The notes beneath the pieces are model-generated. The model was given only the letters and a program-made list of their open reading frames with translations. It ran no database searches and was not told where the DNA came from. A stretch of DNA of 64,000 bases from the sequence record NC_023610.1; one strand, written 5' to 3'. Positions 35,200 to 43,970 of the stretch are shown here, one piece after another; the stretch's first letter is position 1, and each line of letters starts with the position of its first letter. Both the position numbers and the translations under genes were made by a program.

Positions 35200-35618
35200 T
35201 CCTTTCCGCCCTGGATAAGTCCAAACTTCGGTCGGGTCGGTGCCACCGGAGGTGTTTCAGCCGGAGCCTCGTCGGAGTAATCCTTGAAGTCCGGGAACTC
35301 CGCTGCGCCAAACCAGAGGGGTGGCATCTTACACTCGCGCGGGCGTCCGCCGAAGAGCATGATGTCTTCCCACTTAATCATGGTGCCTTGTTTCTTACGG
35401 TCGAAGGAACCAGAGAAGTCCAGTCCCCAGTCACGCACGGTCAAGGCGCAAGAGTTAGGACCGATGTTCAACACAACAACGCCTTCGTGACCCCGGTCAC
35501 GAATGGCCGGGTTGTCGAGGTTCTCGGTACGAACCCAGATGTGGGGCGTCTGACCGTTATCCTGGAAGAACGAGTACAGGGTGTTGAACATGTAGACAGA
35601 TAGATTGGTCGATTGCAT
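35196..35618 (-). CDS. sspB: SspB-like ClpXP adaptor
   Basis: LYSFFQDNGQTPHIWV, VVLNIGP, F.GSF, I.W..I..; acidic linker and C-terminal RPKFGLIQGG resembling the ClpX-binding tail. Confidence 0.8.
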   Translation of the reverse strand: MQSTNLSVYMFNTLYSFFQDNGQTPHIWVRTENLDNPAIRDRGHEGVVVLNIGPNSCALTVRDWGLDFSGSFDRKKQGTMIKWEDIMLFGGRPRECKMPPLWFGAAEFPDFKDYSDEAPAETPPVAPTRPKFGLIQGGKE

Positions 35619-36136
35619 CAGTGTGTGCGTCCTGTTAAAATAGGTTGGTGAAGGGTCTCGTCGTACCCTTCTTCGTTAGGGAGTACCAACTCCTCGTCAG
35701 ACCAGATAACCTGGTAATACTGAACCATGCGCTGTAGTCCGTAGTACCGTTCGTTTCCGTGCACCACGTCTGGATGTTCGCCAATGATAGGGACGATATT
35801 AACCCGTCCGTACATGGCAAAGCCGTCGTCTACGTTAACGCAGGTTGGGAGCATGTCGATAATCCCGGTGGTTACGCCATAGGTTTCCCAGTAGGAAACG
35901 GTTGCGTTGAGAATCATCGCCAGGTCTTCCATGGGGACAATTCCAGTAACCACTAGTTCAGGCCACCCGCGCTCGTTGAGTCCGATTGTGCTGAGGTAGC
36001 CACACGGGACATCTTCGAATCCAGGTATCTCACAACTCTTACCAATATAAGCCGGTGCGAAACCGTTCTCCTCAATCATTTCGGCAATGTGTGAATGGGA
36101 AGCAGCATCAAAGGGGAGGTACTCAGCGTTTACCAT
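35618..36136 (-). CDS. DUF4262-like protein
   Basis: I.E.G......YLSTIGL...G.PELVV.G, QVIWSD....P.E.GYD; GAGGTG RBS. Confidence 0.65.
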   Translation of the reverse strand: MVNAEYLPFDAASHSHIAEMIEENGFAPAYIGKSCEIPGFEDVPCGYLSTIGLNERGWPELVVTGIVPMEDLAMILNATVSYWETYGVTTGIIDMLPTCVNVDDGFAMYGRVNIVPIIGEHPDVVHGNERYYGLQRMVQYYQVIWSDEELVLPNEEGYDETLHQPILTGRTH

Positions 36137-36203
36137 CGGACACCTCATTAACAGGTTATCTATACTAAGTTCACCCCCACGTCACTTTTTACAGTGGTAG
36201 GTG

Positions 36204-36238
36204 GCATAAAAAAAGGAGGGACCGAAGTCCCTCCTTTT
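36204..36238. terminator. Bidirectional cUUCGg terminator
   Basis: AAAAGGAGGGAC-CGAA-GTCCCTCCTTTT. Confidence 0.85.
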
Positions 36239-36398
36239 ATGCTGCTTCTGCTGCCGGGGCTACACCGAGGCCCAAGAGAAACTCCTGGACAATTGGTTTT
36301 GCCTCCGTCACCACTCGTGTGTACGCAGCGGCTTCGATATCGACAGGGAATTGCTTCTCCTTCCGTTCTCTTACCGCTTTGTGCATGTTTGTATTCAT
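36237..36398 (-). CDS. Small hypothetical protein
   Basis: MNTNMHKAVRERKEKQFP..., 53 aa, ends at the terminator. Confidence 0.45.
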   Translation of the reverse strand: MNTNMHKAVRERKEKQFPVDIEAAAYTRVVTEAKPIVQEFLLGLGVAPAAEAA

Positions 36399-36450
36399 TC
36401 CGTTCCCCAGAGGTGTAGTCGACCTACATAGGAAAGGCGGAATGTTTACA

Positions 36451-37245
36451 TTACCCCTCGATGGAAGCCGGGGTAAATGCAAGGAAGAACTCTCGCAGGA
36501 ATCCTTCGTTCTTGAGTACAAACACTTCAGTTTTATCCCACTGACCGTTCGCATACGACGCAGCGATGTTGATTGAGGCAGCTACTTTTCCCAGAGGGAG
36601 TTTTGCCGGGTCAATCGAGCCAACGACCGCATTGTGGTTCGCCGCTACACCACCAAAGAAAGTGTAGTGGGCTGCAACCAACTTCGTATCCGCATTATAG
36701 GTCAGGCGACGAACGGCCTGGTGTTGTTTGTCGTCCAACTCGAAACGGAAGGTGCCACGCCACTCCGGGAAACCTGGTTTCCGTGAGGGGAGTTTGGACT
36801 TGTTCAAGATGGCGACCTGCTCGCACAATGCCCACACGAACTGCGTCTCAGTCAAAGTACCGTAGTACTCTAACCCACCTTCCAACAGCTCAGGGGTTTT
36901 CACCACCCGGCGGTAGAAGTTGCGGCTAAGACGAGCCAACGCAGCATTCTTGAGCGTGACACGTTCCAGGTGCTTAATGCGGTCTTCCGACAGACCCTCT
37001 GCTGGAGCAAAGGAGGTGCGGGTCGCAATAATGCGCTTGGGCGTATCGAAACGGGTTGTGATAACCCCGTCAGACTTTCTCACCCCGAAGCAATGGTAAA
37101 CGACATGAAGTCCATCCGGTACACCCACGACCACAGCCATCATTTTACGCCCAGGGACGTCAATGGACTCAAGGACGCGGGCACCTTCGGTTTTAGCCAC
37201 GACGTTTACCAGCGGGAGGTTCATAAAGTCTTCGTTGTTGTTCAT
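36451..37245 (-). CDS. Hypothetical protein
   Basis: 264 aa; AAGGA RBS. Confidence 0.7.
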   Translation of the reverse strand: MNNNEDFMNLPLVNVVAKTEGARVLESIDVPGRKMMAVVVGVPDGLHVVYHCFGVRKSDGVITTRFDTPKRIIATRTSFAPAEGLSEDRIKHLERVTLKNAALARLSRNFYRRVVKTPELLEGGLEYYGTLTETQFVWALCEQVAILNKSKLPSRKPGFPEWRGTFRFELDDKQHQAVRRLTYNADTKLVAAHYTFFGGVAANHNAVVGSIDPAKLPLGKVAASINIAASYANGQWDKTEVFVLKNEGFLREFFLAFTPASIEG

Positions 37246-37315
37246 ACTTTGGTTTCCTTAAAAGGATTAGTTTGAGGGTACGCTTTAACCGGCGCACATC
37301 GGCTTACTACATACG

Positions 37316-38965
37316 TTATTGGCTAACGTAAGTTTTGAGGATGAACGTGCAAGCAGGGTGAGTGATGCGGACGAATTTGGTGTCGGTATAGAACAGGTTC
37401 ATGTTCGCACGACGATTGAACAACTGACCCGCTTCATGGTTCCAGTCTTGCGTGCGCTCAACCACAATCTTCAGCAGGGAAGAATCCCCACCAGAACCGT
37501 CGATGAATTCCAGTGCCCACTTGATGACCGACTCCAGTTGGTCTTCGCGCAGTTCTTCCGCAACGAAATTCATACCGTTGTGTAAGTCAATGGCCACCTG
37601 AAGGTTGGCCATGATGGTATCCATGTTGGCCGCCATCTCTTCTTTGGTGAAGACGCCTTCCTTCTTGAAGACACGCGGGCGGGCTTCGTTCATGCGCTCA
37701 CCAAATGTAGGAGTTTGCGCTAATGGTAAAGGGGCGATGTCGGTATCGGCTTTAATTTGGGCCAGTGAGGTGACCAGTGGTTTCTCACTGTGGACGTGAA
37801 CGGATTTACCATCGGTAACCATGGTACCGCGCATTACTTCCTGACCTGCGCCACTAGAACCAAAACCACCTGCGCCGCGTTCAGTTTCCGTACTGAACTC
37901 ATCCACCTGTTTGAACAGACCCATCACCACCGGTTGAATCAGGTATTGCGCAATACGGTCGCCACGAGAGATTTTAAACGCAGGTCCCTGAGTGTTACGG
38001 TTCCACAGTGAAACCATCAGCTGCCCGTTGTAGTCTGCATCAATGACGCCCGTCAGGTTACCCAGTACGATACCGTGTTTGTGACCCAGACCGGAGCGAG
38101 GGTGAATCAATCCCACGTAGTTTGGATTCTTCAGGAAGAATGCCAGACCGGTTGGAATCAGTTTTGTTTCGCCAGGTTCGAGGAGAACCTCTTCGGTAAC
38201 CGCTGCCATCAGGTCGATACCGGCGGCGTCTTCAGAACCACGTGGAGCGAACTCTTTGCCCCAATACAGTTCTTGGTCCAATACCTTAACTTCCACCGAG
38301 ATACAGTTGCGTTCCACGTTACGAGCCGACTGGGAGTTAACTACGTCACCCAACAACTGTTCGTTTAACCACGCCCGCACGTATGCGGCTGACAGCACCA
38401 ATGGGAGTGGCTGTTTCTGACTGTCGAAGACATTGACGGTGACTTTGAGTACAGTCGCGCTCTCCAGACCATCGGGACCAGTTTGGAAATCAACTTCTGC
38501 GCGTCGACCACCGGCTTCAAAGAACGTCACCATGTGATTGTAGAAGCGCTCCATCTCGTCCTGCGTCAGCGCATACGGAACATCCGCGACCGGATACGTT
38601 TCGTGGGCTCTGGAGAAATCGCTGAGGAATGCCCCCGCAAGTTTGCGCGTCTGTTCGTTTTCATCTTCACCGTTCTTTTCCTGCGCCGCCAACCAGTGAT
38701 GAATAACCACCGGACTGAAATTAGCACCGATTGGGTCAGTGCGGTCTTCGGTGAGCAGAACGGTAACCACTTTGATGAGATTGTTACCCTCATCCTCGAA
38801 CGTCACACCGGGTGTGATTGAAGTACCGGAGAAATGCTCTTGCACGAAGGTAGTGAATTTTTTCTTCTCTTCCGCCGTGAAATACATCGGGCGAGTGTCG
38901 GGGTTTGTTACCGGGCAGCACGCCATGATTTCTGCGGTCAGGGTATCTGGAGTTTTCTGAGACAT
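37316..38965 (-). CDS. dut: Multidomain protein with central trimeric dUTPase domain
   Basis: GSEDAAGIDL, IHPRSGLG, GVIDADYNG, GDRIAQ, TERGAGGFGSSG (all five dUTPase motifs, ~37845-38305); ~215-aa N-terminal and ~175-aa C-terminal extensions. Confidence 0.9.
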   Translation of the reverse strand: MSQKTPDTLTAEIMACCPVTNPDTRPMYFTAEEKKKFTTFVQEHFSGTSITPGVTFEDEGNNLIKVVTVLLTEDRTDPIGANFSPVVIHHWLAAQEKNGEDENEQTRKLAGAFLSDFSRAHETYPVADVPYALTQDEMERFYNHMVTFFEAGGRRAEVDFQTGPDGLESATVLKVTVNVFDSQKQPLPLVLSAAYVRAWLNEQLLGDVVNSQSARNVERNCISVEVKVLDQELYWGKEFAPRGSEDAAGIDLMAAVTEEVLLEPGETKLIPTGLAFFLKNPNYVGLIHPRSGLGHKHGIVLGNLTGVIDADYNGQLMVSLWNRNTQGPAFKISRGDRIAQYLIQPVVMGLFKQVDEFSTETERGAGGFGSSGAGQEVMRGTMVTDGKSVHVHSEKPLVTSLAQIKADTDIAPLPLAQTPTFGERMNEARPRVFKKEGVFTKEEMAANMDTIMANLQVAIDLHNGMNFVAEELREDQLESVIKWALEFIDGSGGDSSLLKIVVERTQDWNHEAGQLFNRRANMNLFYTDTKFVRITHPACTFILKTYVSQ

Positions 38966-39267
38966 TACACTTTTCCTAATTCTGGATTGGCTTTATAACG
39001 GTCGATGGTCGCCTGGCACGTGTCATGCGGAACATCGGTATAGTAGCAGAGCTGCTCGGCAGTAATACCGGAGTCTACGAGGCGACGCATCCCTTCACGT
39101 TTTAACGTGAGCTGGAGTTGGTCACCGAGGTGTTCTAACGCAGCCTCCTGGAAAACGATAGCGCCCGTCAGGCGCATCGACGAATCCAAGGTGCTAAAGA
39201 TTTGGTCACGTATTTCAGTAGAGGTTTTCACGGAACAGCTCCTGGAGAGAATCACTGTTCTCATCAA
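38965..39267 (-). CDS. Hypothetical protein with HTH-like C-terminus (start uncertain)
   Basis: TAATG coupling to dut. Confidence 0.5.
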   Translation of the reverse strand: MMRTVILSRSCSVKTSTEIRDQIFSTLDSSMRLTGAIVFQEAALEHLGDQLQLTLKREGMRRLVDSGITAEQLCYYTDVPHDTCQATIDRYKANPELGKV

Positions 39268-39667
39268 GTAAATGATAACCCGGCAAAGACACAGGGTCGA
39301 TGATGGTCAGGGCACGAGGGCGCGGTAAGTTCCAGGAAGGGTCAGCGGCGTGTTTCTCGTCCCATTCCTTTTGCGCAGCTAACGTGGACTCTTTCGTTTC
39401 CTCGTTAATGCGTGACCAATGTTCATTAAGTTCAACCCGCGACACTATCCGCTTATGGAGTGTGTTCTGGTCGTACTCACTGGCCGTTTCCTGAAACCAG
39501 GGCTGGTCGCGGAAATCCACGTCAGACGCAATAAAGGAGACTTCCTCTCCGTCGGCTTCACCCGTCATGACATCAGGTGGGCACGATTCAATCACGTCGA
39601 TTAAACTGTCCACGGCTTTGTGCATTCCCGCACGGATAGCGGAAGCATCTATCTTGTTCTCAGACAT
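39215..39667 (-). CDS. Hypothetical acidic protein
   Basis: AAGGAG RBS; 150 aa. Confidence 0.65.
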   Translation of the reverse strand: MSENKIDASAIRAGMHKAVDSLIDVIESCPPDVMTGEADGEEVSFIASDVDFRDQPWFQETASEYDQNTLHKRIVSRVELNEHWSRINEETKESTLAAQKEWDEKHAADPSWNLPRPRALTIIDPVSLPGYHLLDENSDSLQELFRENLY

Positions 39668-39676
39668 AAAGACTCC

Positions 39677-40012
39677 TTACGGGAGAGCAAGAGAATCCTG
39701 CTCCTCAATAGTAGGGTCCTCGAAGTAAAATTCGAGCTTTTCCAGGAACGCTTCGATGTGGTCATCAAACGTTTTCCCGCCCAGTAACATTTCTTTATCT
39801 GGATTGTGCCAGGTAATGTCAATGACTTCTAAGTGCACCTCCCCGTGCTGTAGTGCGCCAGTGTGCATTGAAAGTGAGTTGTACCCATTCTCAATGGTTT
39901 GATTCAGGTCGAAAATAAACGGGGAAAGGAGCGAGGGGTCTAACCCCTCGCCCTTCTCGTCTATAACCACCCGATATGCTTCTCCGAAGAGACTCAATAC
40001 CGTGCGTGCCAT
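39677..40012 (-). CDS. Hypothetical protein
   Basis: GGAG RBS; 111 aa. Confidence 0.65.
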   Translation of the reverse strand: MARTVLSLFGEAYRVVIDEKGEGLDPSLLSPFIFDLNQTIENGYNSLSMHTGALQHGEVHLEVIDITWHNPDKEMLLGGKTFDDHIEAFLEKLEFYFEDPTIEEQDSLALP

Positions 40013-40014
40013 AG

Positions 40015-40479
40015 TTACTCCACTGCGTGCCAGAGGCCGCGTTTACCGACGTATTGGGGAGCTAGCAATGCTGCCACCGTGAAAGGGATATTGAAGCGTC
40101 GACACGCATCACGCAGGTGTTCGCAGCGCATGGCAATCTTTTCTTTTTCGTTACCCATCCCGTACGCATCCCCGAACTTCAGTTGCAGCTTCGGTTCCAT
40201 GGTGTTCAGCAGAATCTTGAACTCGGCCAACGGACTGCGCGTACCGCTGGCATCCACAATTACGATGTCCGGTTGGTCAGGACGGTTCGCCATCGACGCA
40301 ATCGCTTCACTGACGTGTGCGCAATCCGGGTTGCTGTCACCGGGAATGGTTTCCACGTACTCCGCTGCCAACCCGTGTTTTTCCAGGGTCTGCTGCAACA
40401 GACGACCCACTGCACTTTTACCCGCGTGCGCTGTACCGGTGATGGTGACAACGACATGACGATTATATTCTTTACCCAT
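40015..40479 (-). CDS. Hypothetical protein with P-loop-like N-terminus
   Basis: VVTITGTAHAGKSAV resembles a Walker A of small kinases. Confidence 0.55.
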   Translation of the reverse strand: MGKEYNRHVVVTITGTAHAGKSAVGRLLQQTLEKHGLAAEYVETIPGDSNPDCAHVSEAIASMANRPDQPDIVIVDASGTRSPLAEFKILLNTMEPKLQLKFGDAYGMGNEKEKIAMRCEHLRDACRRFNIPFTVAALLAPQYVGKRGLWHAVE

Positions 40480-40492
40480 TGTAGCGACCTTC

Positions 40493-40942
40493 TTATTTTG
40501 ATTTGATTAAACGGTTCAGGTGGAGTTCTACTTCCGTAGAGAACTCATGGATGTTGTTGCCGTCTTTACGACGGTCAGTGGCAGCCAGGTACATCTTAGT
40601 GGCTGCGTCACGCGGTTCCAGTGGGTACGACAAGGTACAAAAGCGACGAAGTTCCAGTTCAGCCATAACCACACGCAGGCGACCGTCTTCCAGGTCACTG
40701 AGGGACGGGATGAACGTGTTCCACTCTTCGTTCTTGGCAATCAATGCACGACGCCCCAGTTCCCAACGTTGCGCCAGCTTATTTTCTAAGATGTGCGTAC
40801 GCCAGGTCTGACGGAAATGGTTGTAATACAAATACCACGCGGTCTGCTCACCCGAATGTCCCCAGTACCATCCTTGCAGGACGGCGGATACGTTCTGGCG
40901 AAGAATCTGCTCGGACAATGTGATATTAGCTGGTAACGACAT
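40493..40942 (-). CDS. Hypothetical protein
   Basis: AAGGGG RBS; 149 aa. Confidence 0.65.
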   Translation of the reverse strand: MSLPANITLSEQILRQNVSAVLQGWYWGHSGEQTAWYLYYNHFRQTWRTHILENKLAQRWELGRRALIAKNEEWNTFIPSLSDLEDGRLRVVMAELELRRFCTLSYPLEPRDAATKMYLAATDRRKDGNNIHEFSTEVELHLNRLIKSK

Positions 40943-40951
40943 GACAACCCC

Positions 40952-41191
40952 TTATTTAGAAAAGTCCGTACGACCGGAGTCGACGAACTGTGCAGTAGTC
41001 TCGGCTTCAGAAAGCGTCGACGATGTTAACGTTTGAATGCGGTGCGGAATATGTTCCTGGTACGGTGGTTCATCCGACAACAAGTCGAACGGGAAGTGTA
41101 CCAGGAAAGCCCAGACCACGAAAATAGACAGCACGCCAGCGCAAGCGCTGGCAGCTAAGAACACGAACAACTCTTTCAGGAACTTCTTCAT
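40952..41191 (-). CDS. Small membrane-anchored protein
   Basis: MKKFLKELFVFLAASACAGVLSIFVVWAFLV hydrophobic N-terminus; ATGA overlap. Confidence 0.6.
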   Translation of the reverse strand: MKKFLKELFVFLAASACAGVLSIFVVWAFLVHFPFDLLSDEPPYQEHIPHRIQTLTSSTLSEAETTAQFVDSGRTDFSK

Positions 41192-41373
41192 TCTTCTACG
41201 CCATCTCCAGGGATTGCGAAGGCCAGAGTTGGTGCCGTGTTACCACGACCAATTGGAGAAAGGGCAACAATTTGTTTCCCTTCCGCATCGAGAAAACCCG
41301 TGTCATCCACGACGTAAGCAACGGGGTCTTTCTTTCCTGCACACGCGCAGGTTTCACATTTACCACAGGACAT
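41188..41373 (-). CDS. Small protein with Cys-rich N-terminus
   Basis: MSCGKCETCAC; GGAGG RBS; directly downstream of a TATATTAC promoter. Confidence 0.6.
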   Translation of the reverse strand: MSCGKCETCACAGKKDPVAYVVDDTGFLDAEGKQIVALSPIGRGNTAPTLAFAIPGDGVEE

Positions 41374-41405
41374 TGTACTACCCTCCAACGGAACAATTGG
41401 TTTTG

Positions 41406-41603
41406 CTAACTAGCAGATTCATCTAAGTAATATATTTCTGAGCCCCGATTAGAAAGCTCAGCAATATCCCCGTGACGACGACAGGTGTTCAGGTGTTCCT
41501 GGTCGTGGAACCCTGAGTTGAAACCTTCTTTACGACAAGTGCGGAGGTTCCGCACCTTTCGACCGTGCCGTTGTGCCTTCTGTAAACTCGCCCGGCTTGC
41601 CAT
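41406..41603 (-). CDS. Small basic hypothetical protein
   Basis: 65 aa following the upstream stop. Confidence 0.45.
   Translation of the reverse strand: MASRASLQKAQRHGRKVRNLRTCRKEGFNSGFHDQEHLNTCRRHGDIAELSNRGSEIYYLDESAS
41427..41442 (-). promoter_or_regulatory. Early promoter motif
   Basis: Minus CTCAGAAATATATTAC. Confidence 0.6.
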
Positions 41604-41606
41604 ACC

Positions 41607-41987
41607 CTAGACCTTCGCCCAGGTATTCTGGAACCCGCGTTCACTGGCGTCTTCTTCTCTAGCTTTCCAGACGCTCACATTGAATTCATCGAGTTTATCC
41701 AGGATGGCCTGGGAGATGAGTTTACCATCAGTGTGTTCTTCTAATGCAGTCCACCACACATCACCTTTATGGTCACACATGCGCAAGGACAGCTTACGGA
41801 TGTCGGGATACCAGGCGATGTCGTTGAACAGGTATTTGGTCCCGCGAACTTCGAGTTCCACGGCAAAGTTCTTAACCAGTAACGTCGCGGCTGCTAATGC
41901 AACGTTCTCCGGGTCACTTTGATTAAGAATGGCAGTACGGCTTTTACCGCGTTGTGCAGTCATCTCGAGGTAATGTATCTTTTTCAT
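41607..41987 (-). CDS. Hypothetical protein
   Basis: GGAAG RBS before ATG 41987; the track's longer start runs through a terminator. Confidence 0.6.
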   Translation of the reverse strand: MKKIHYLEMTAQRGKSRTAILNQSDPENVALAAATLLVKNFAVELEVRGTKYLFNDIAWYPDIRKLSLRMCDHKGDVWWTALEEHTDGKLISQAILDKLDEFNVSVWKAREEDASERGFQNTWAKV

Positions 41988-42063
41988 AACGTGGCTTCCG
42001 TTGTTAATCCAGATTAAACATTGCGATGACGTCAGTGTCGTCGCCTCATAGAAACCGATGAAA

Positions 42064-42090
42064 CAAAAAAAGAAGGGGACCGAAGTCCCC
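42064..42090 (-). terminator. cUUCGg terminator
   Basis: Minus GGGGAC-TTCG-GTCCCC-TTCTTTTTTT. Confidence 0.8.
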
Positions 42091-42268
42091 AAGAGGTTCG
42101 TCATGATACCGGGTAATTCCTCGTAGGAAATCCCGTTTATTATCCTGTCTATTTTTCGAATGTCTTCGGAACGCCAGAGCCAACTTTACACGTGTTGTGG
42201 ATGGATTGGTTAGTGTTTCACATTACTACTTCGGTGCGTGAATTATAACCACCCACCGAGGTTGCTCG

Positions 42269-42667
42269 TTAGCAGGTGATTTCCCCGCCGTAATAAAACG
42301 CGATACCTTCGCTTCGACAAATCTTTTCCAGAATGTCGACCAGTAAGTGACGATGGCAAAATTCACCGTCACGACAGTAACACGCTAACGCTACCCGTCC
42401 TTTACGGATTAAACGTAACCAAGGTTCCGGGTCACGGCGAAAGCGTTGACGACATAAGCGGTAGAAACGTTCAACGTACTCCGCCTCTGTCAGATGACCA
42501 CACTTATACGCCCACAGAAGCTCTGTAGACGGCGCGAAGACTTTGTCCCCACTCTTGACTGTCGTGTCCAGAAACTCGACGTCCGTGCGGTGCAGTAAGC
42601 GGTGTTTTGCGATTTGAATCGTAAAGCATTCAAACGCTTTCTCTCTATACGACCAGACCATACGCAC
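42269..42667 (-). CDS. DUF488-like protein
   Basis: D.TVKSG..VFAPS.ELL..YK.G...Y...F, VALACYC....FCHR.LL motifs. Confidence 0.7.
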   Translation of the reverse strand: MRMVWSYREKAFECFTIQIAKHRLLHRTDVEFLDTTVKSGDKVFAPSTELLWAYKCGHLTEAEYVERFYRLCRQRFRRDPEPWLRLIRKGRVALACYCRDGEFCHRHLLVDILEKICRSEGIAFYYGGEITC

Positions 42668-42752
42668 CTTCTATTAATTCAGTCCCTCTAATACATACAG
42701 TTACGGTGCAGAATAAAAAATAACTAGGGGAACCCGAAGGCTCCCCCAGGTA

Positions 42753-43295
42753 TCAATAAACTTTCAACAGATGACGTGCAACTGCAACGTTAGTCCGCAC
42801 ATGCTGCAAACGGATACCGTACTCTTCCAACTCGGCTTTCACCTCATCGTAAGGGAACGACTGCACTACCGGTTGCCCAGAGAATTTCGGGAAGACGATA
42901 TAGTGCACGAGTTTGTGGACTTTATCGTACACCGCTGCACCACCGGCTGTCGGGTTACGGGTCAGTGCTGTGAACGTGTCCCGGTGAGAGAACTTGCGTT
43001 CAACGCTACCTGCGCTGGTCGGTTTCGCCCGAGCGAAGTCACCCGATTCAAGACGCGCCAGAGAACTCCGCTGAATCTGAAGTTCCTCGAGGTCATCGGA
43101 CACCGGCTGGAAGGTGATGATGGAGTGCGCATGTTCACGCCACTGAGTGATAGTCGCGCCGTACTTAGCACGCAAGAAATCACTGAGACGTTTCACTTTC
43201 AACCAACCCTCGATGTGACTCGACGGTAGTCCGTTGCGCAAATCGACCAGAATCATACGGGCTTGGTTCTGGCGTTGTAAATCGTTCTTTGCCAT
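42753..43295 (-). CDS. Hypothetical protein, HTH-like N-terminus
   Basis: AAGGA RBS; ILVDLRNG N-terminus similar to the neighbour. Confidence 0.65.
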   Translation of the reverse strand: MAKNDLQRQNQARMILVDLRNGLPSSHIEGWLKVKRLSDFLRAKYGATITQWREHAHSIITFQPVSDDLEELQIQRSSLARLESGDFARAKPTSAGSVERKFSHRDTFTALTRNPTAGGAAVYDKVHKLVHYIVFPKFSGQPVVQSFPYDEVKAELEEYGIRLQHVRTNVAVARHLLKVY

Positions 43296-43307
43296 GTCTT
43301 CGGTTCC

Positions 43308-43865
43308 TTAGACTAAACCTAACAGCGAAGTTAACCCAGCGTGTTGTTCGCTTGGGATGTGAACAACCCGTTTTGTGATGACTTTGCGTAACCCTTCGGA
43401 AGCATCACCCAACGAGCCCATACACCCAGAACGAACCGCAGTCCAGGTGTCTAAGCGCACCACCAAGAGGCGATGCGTATTTTCAATCGGTCCGCAACGT
43501 TCAAGGTAAACTGCAACCTGAACATCCTGGCCGTGAGAATCACGAAGTTGACCTCCCTCGTACGTCAGGTCATCGAACAGCAATCTGAGCCACCCTTCAC
43601 GATGTCGCTTGAAGTAGTGGTACAGTAACTGGTCAGTAGACACCTGAAGCAGTTGGTGTAGGTCAATTGCTCTGCGCAGAACTAAGGAAATCTTCACCCC
43701 GGCACGTATGGTCTTTACGTTTACGCCGAAGTGTTTCTCGATTATGTTGCCCATCCCAGAGCGCGAGAATTTGAACCTTTCCGCCATAGCTTCCAGTGAC
43801 TCCCCTTTGCGCAACGCCACAACGATGTCACGCATTTCGGGTAGGCTCAATATACGACCACTCAT
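43308..43865 (-). CDS. HTH DNA-binding-like protein
   Basis: IVVALRKGESLEAMAERFKFSRSGMGNII helix-turn-helix pattern. Confidence 0.65.
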   Translation of the reverse strand: MSGRILSLPEMRDIVVALRKGESLEAMAERFKFSRSGMGNIIEKHFGVNVKTIRAGVKISLVLRRAIDLHQLLQVSTDQLLYHYFKRHREGWLRLLFDDLTYEGGQLRDSHGQDVQVAVYLERCGPIENTHRLLVVRLDTWTAVRSGCMGSLGDASEGLRKVITKRVVHIPSEQHAGLTSLLGLV

Positions 43866-43970
43866 CTCAGTTTCCAGATTTGTACAAAAAAAGAAAGCCA
43901 TCAATGACGTGATGACTTTCAGGAGGTTGCCCCCTAACCTTCAGGGACAATGACGTTTTCACAGAATAGG

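Noticed and set aside
41988-42104. 5' extensions proposed by the track (also 43866-43904, 50745-50837, 8452-8496, 30404-30463)
   Set aside because: Most run through terminator hairpins, poly-T tracts or palindromes, and all lack an RBS; downstream ATGs have clear Shine-Dalgarno sites or match the family start.
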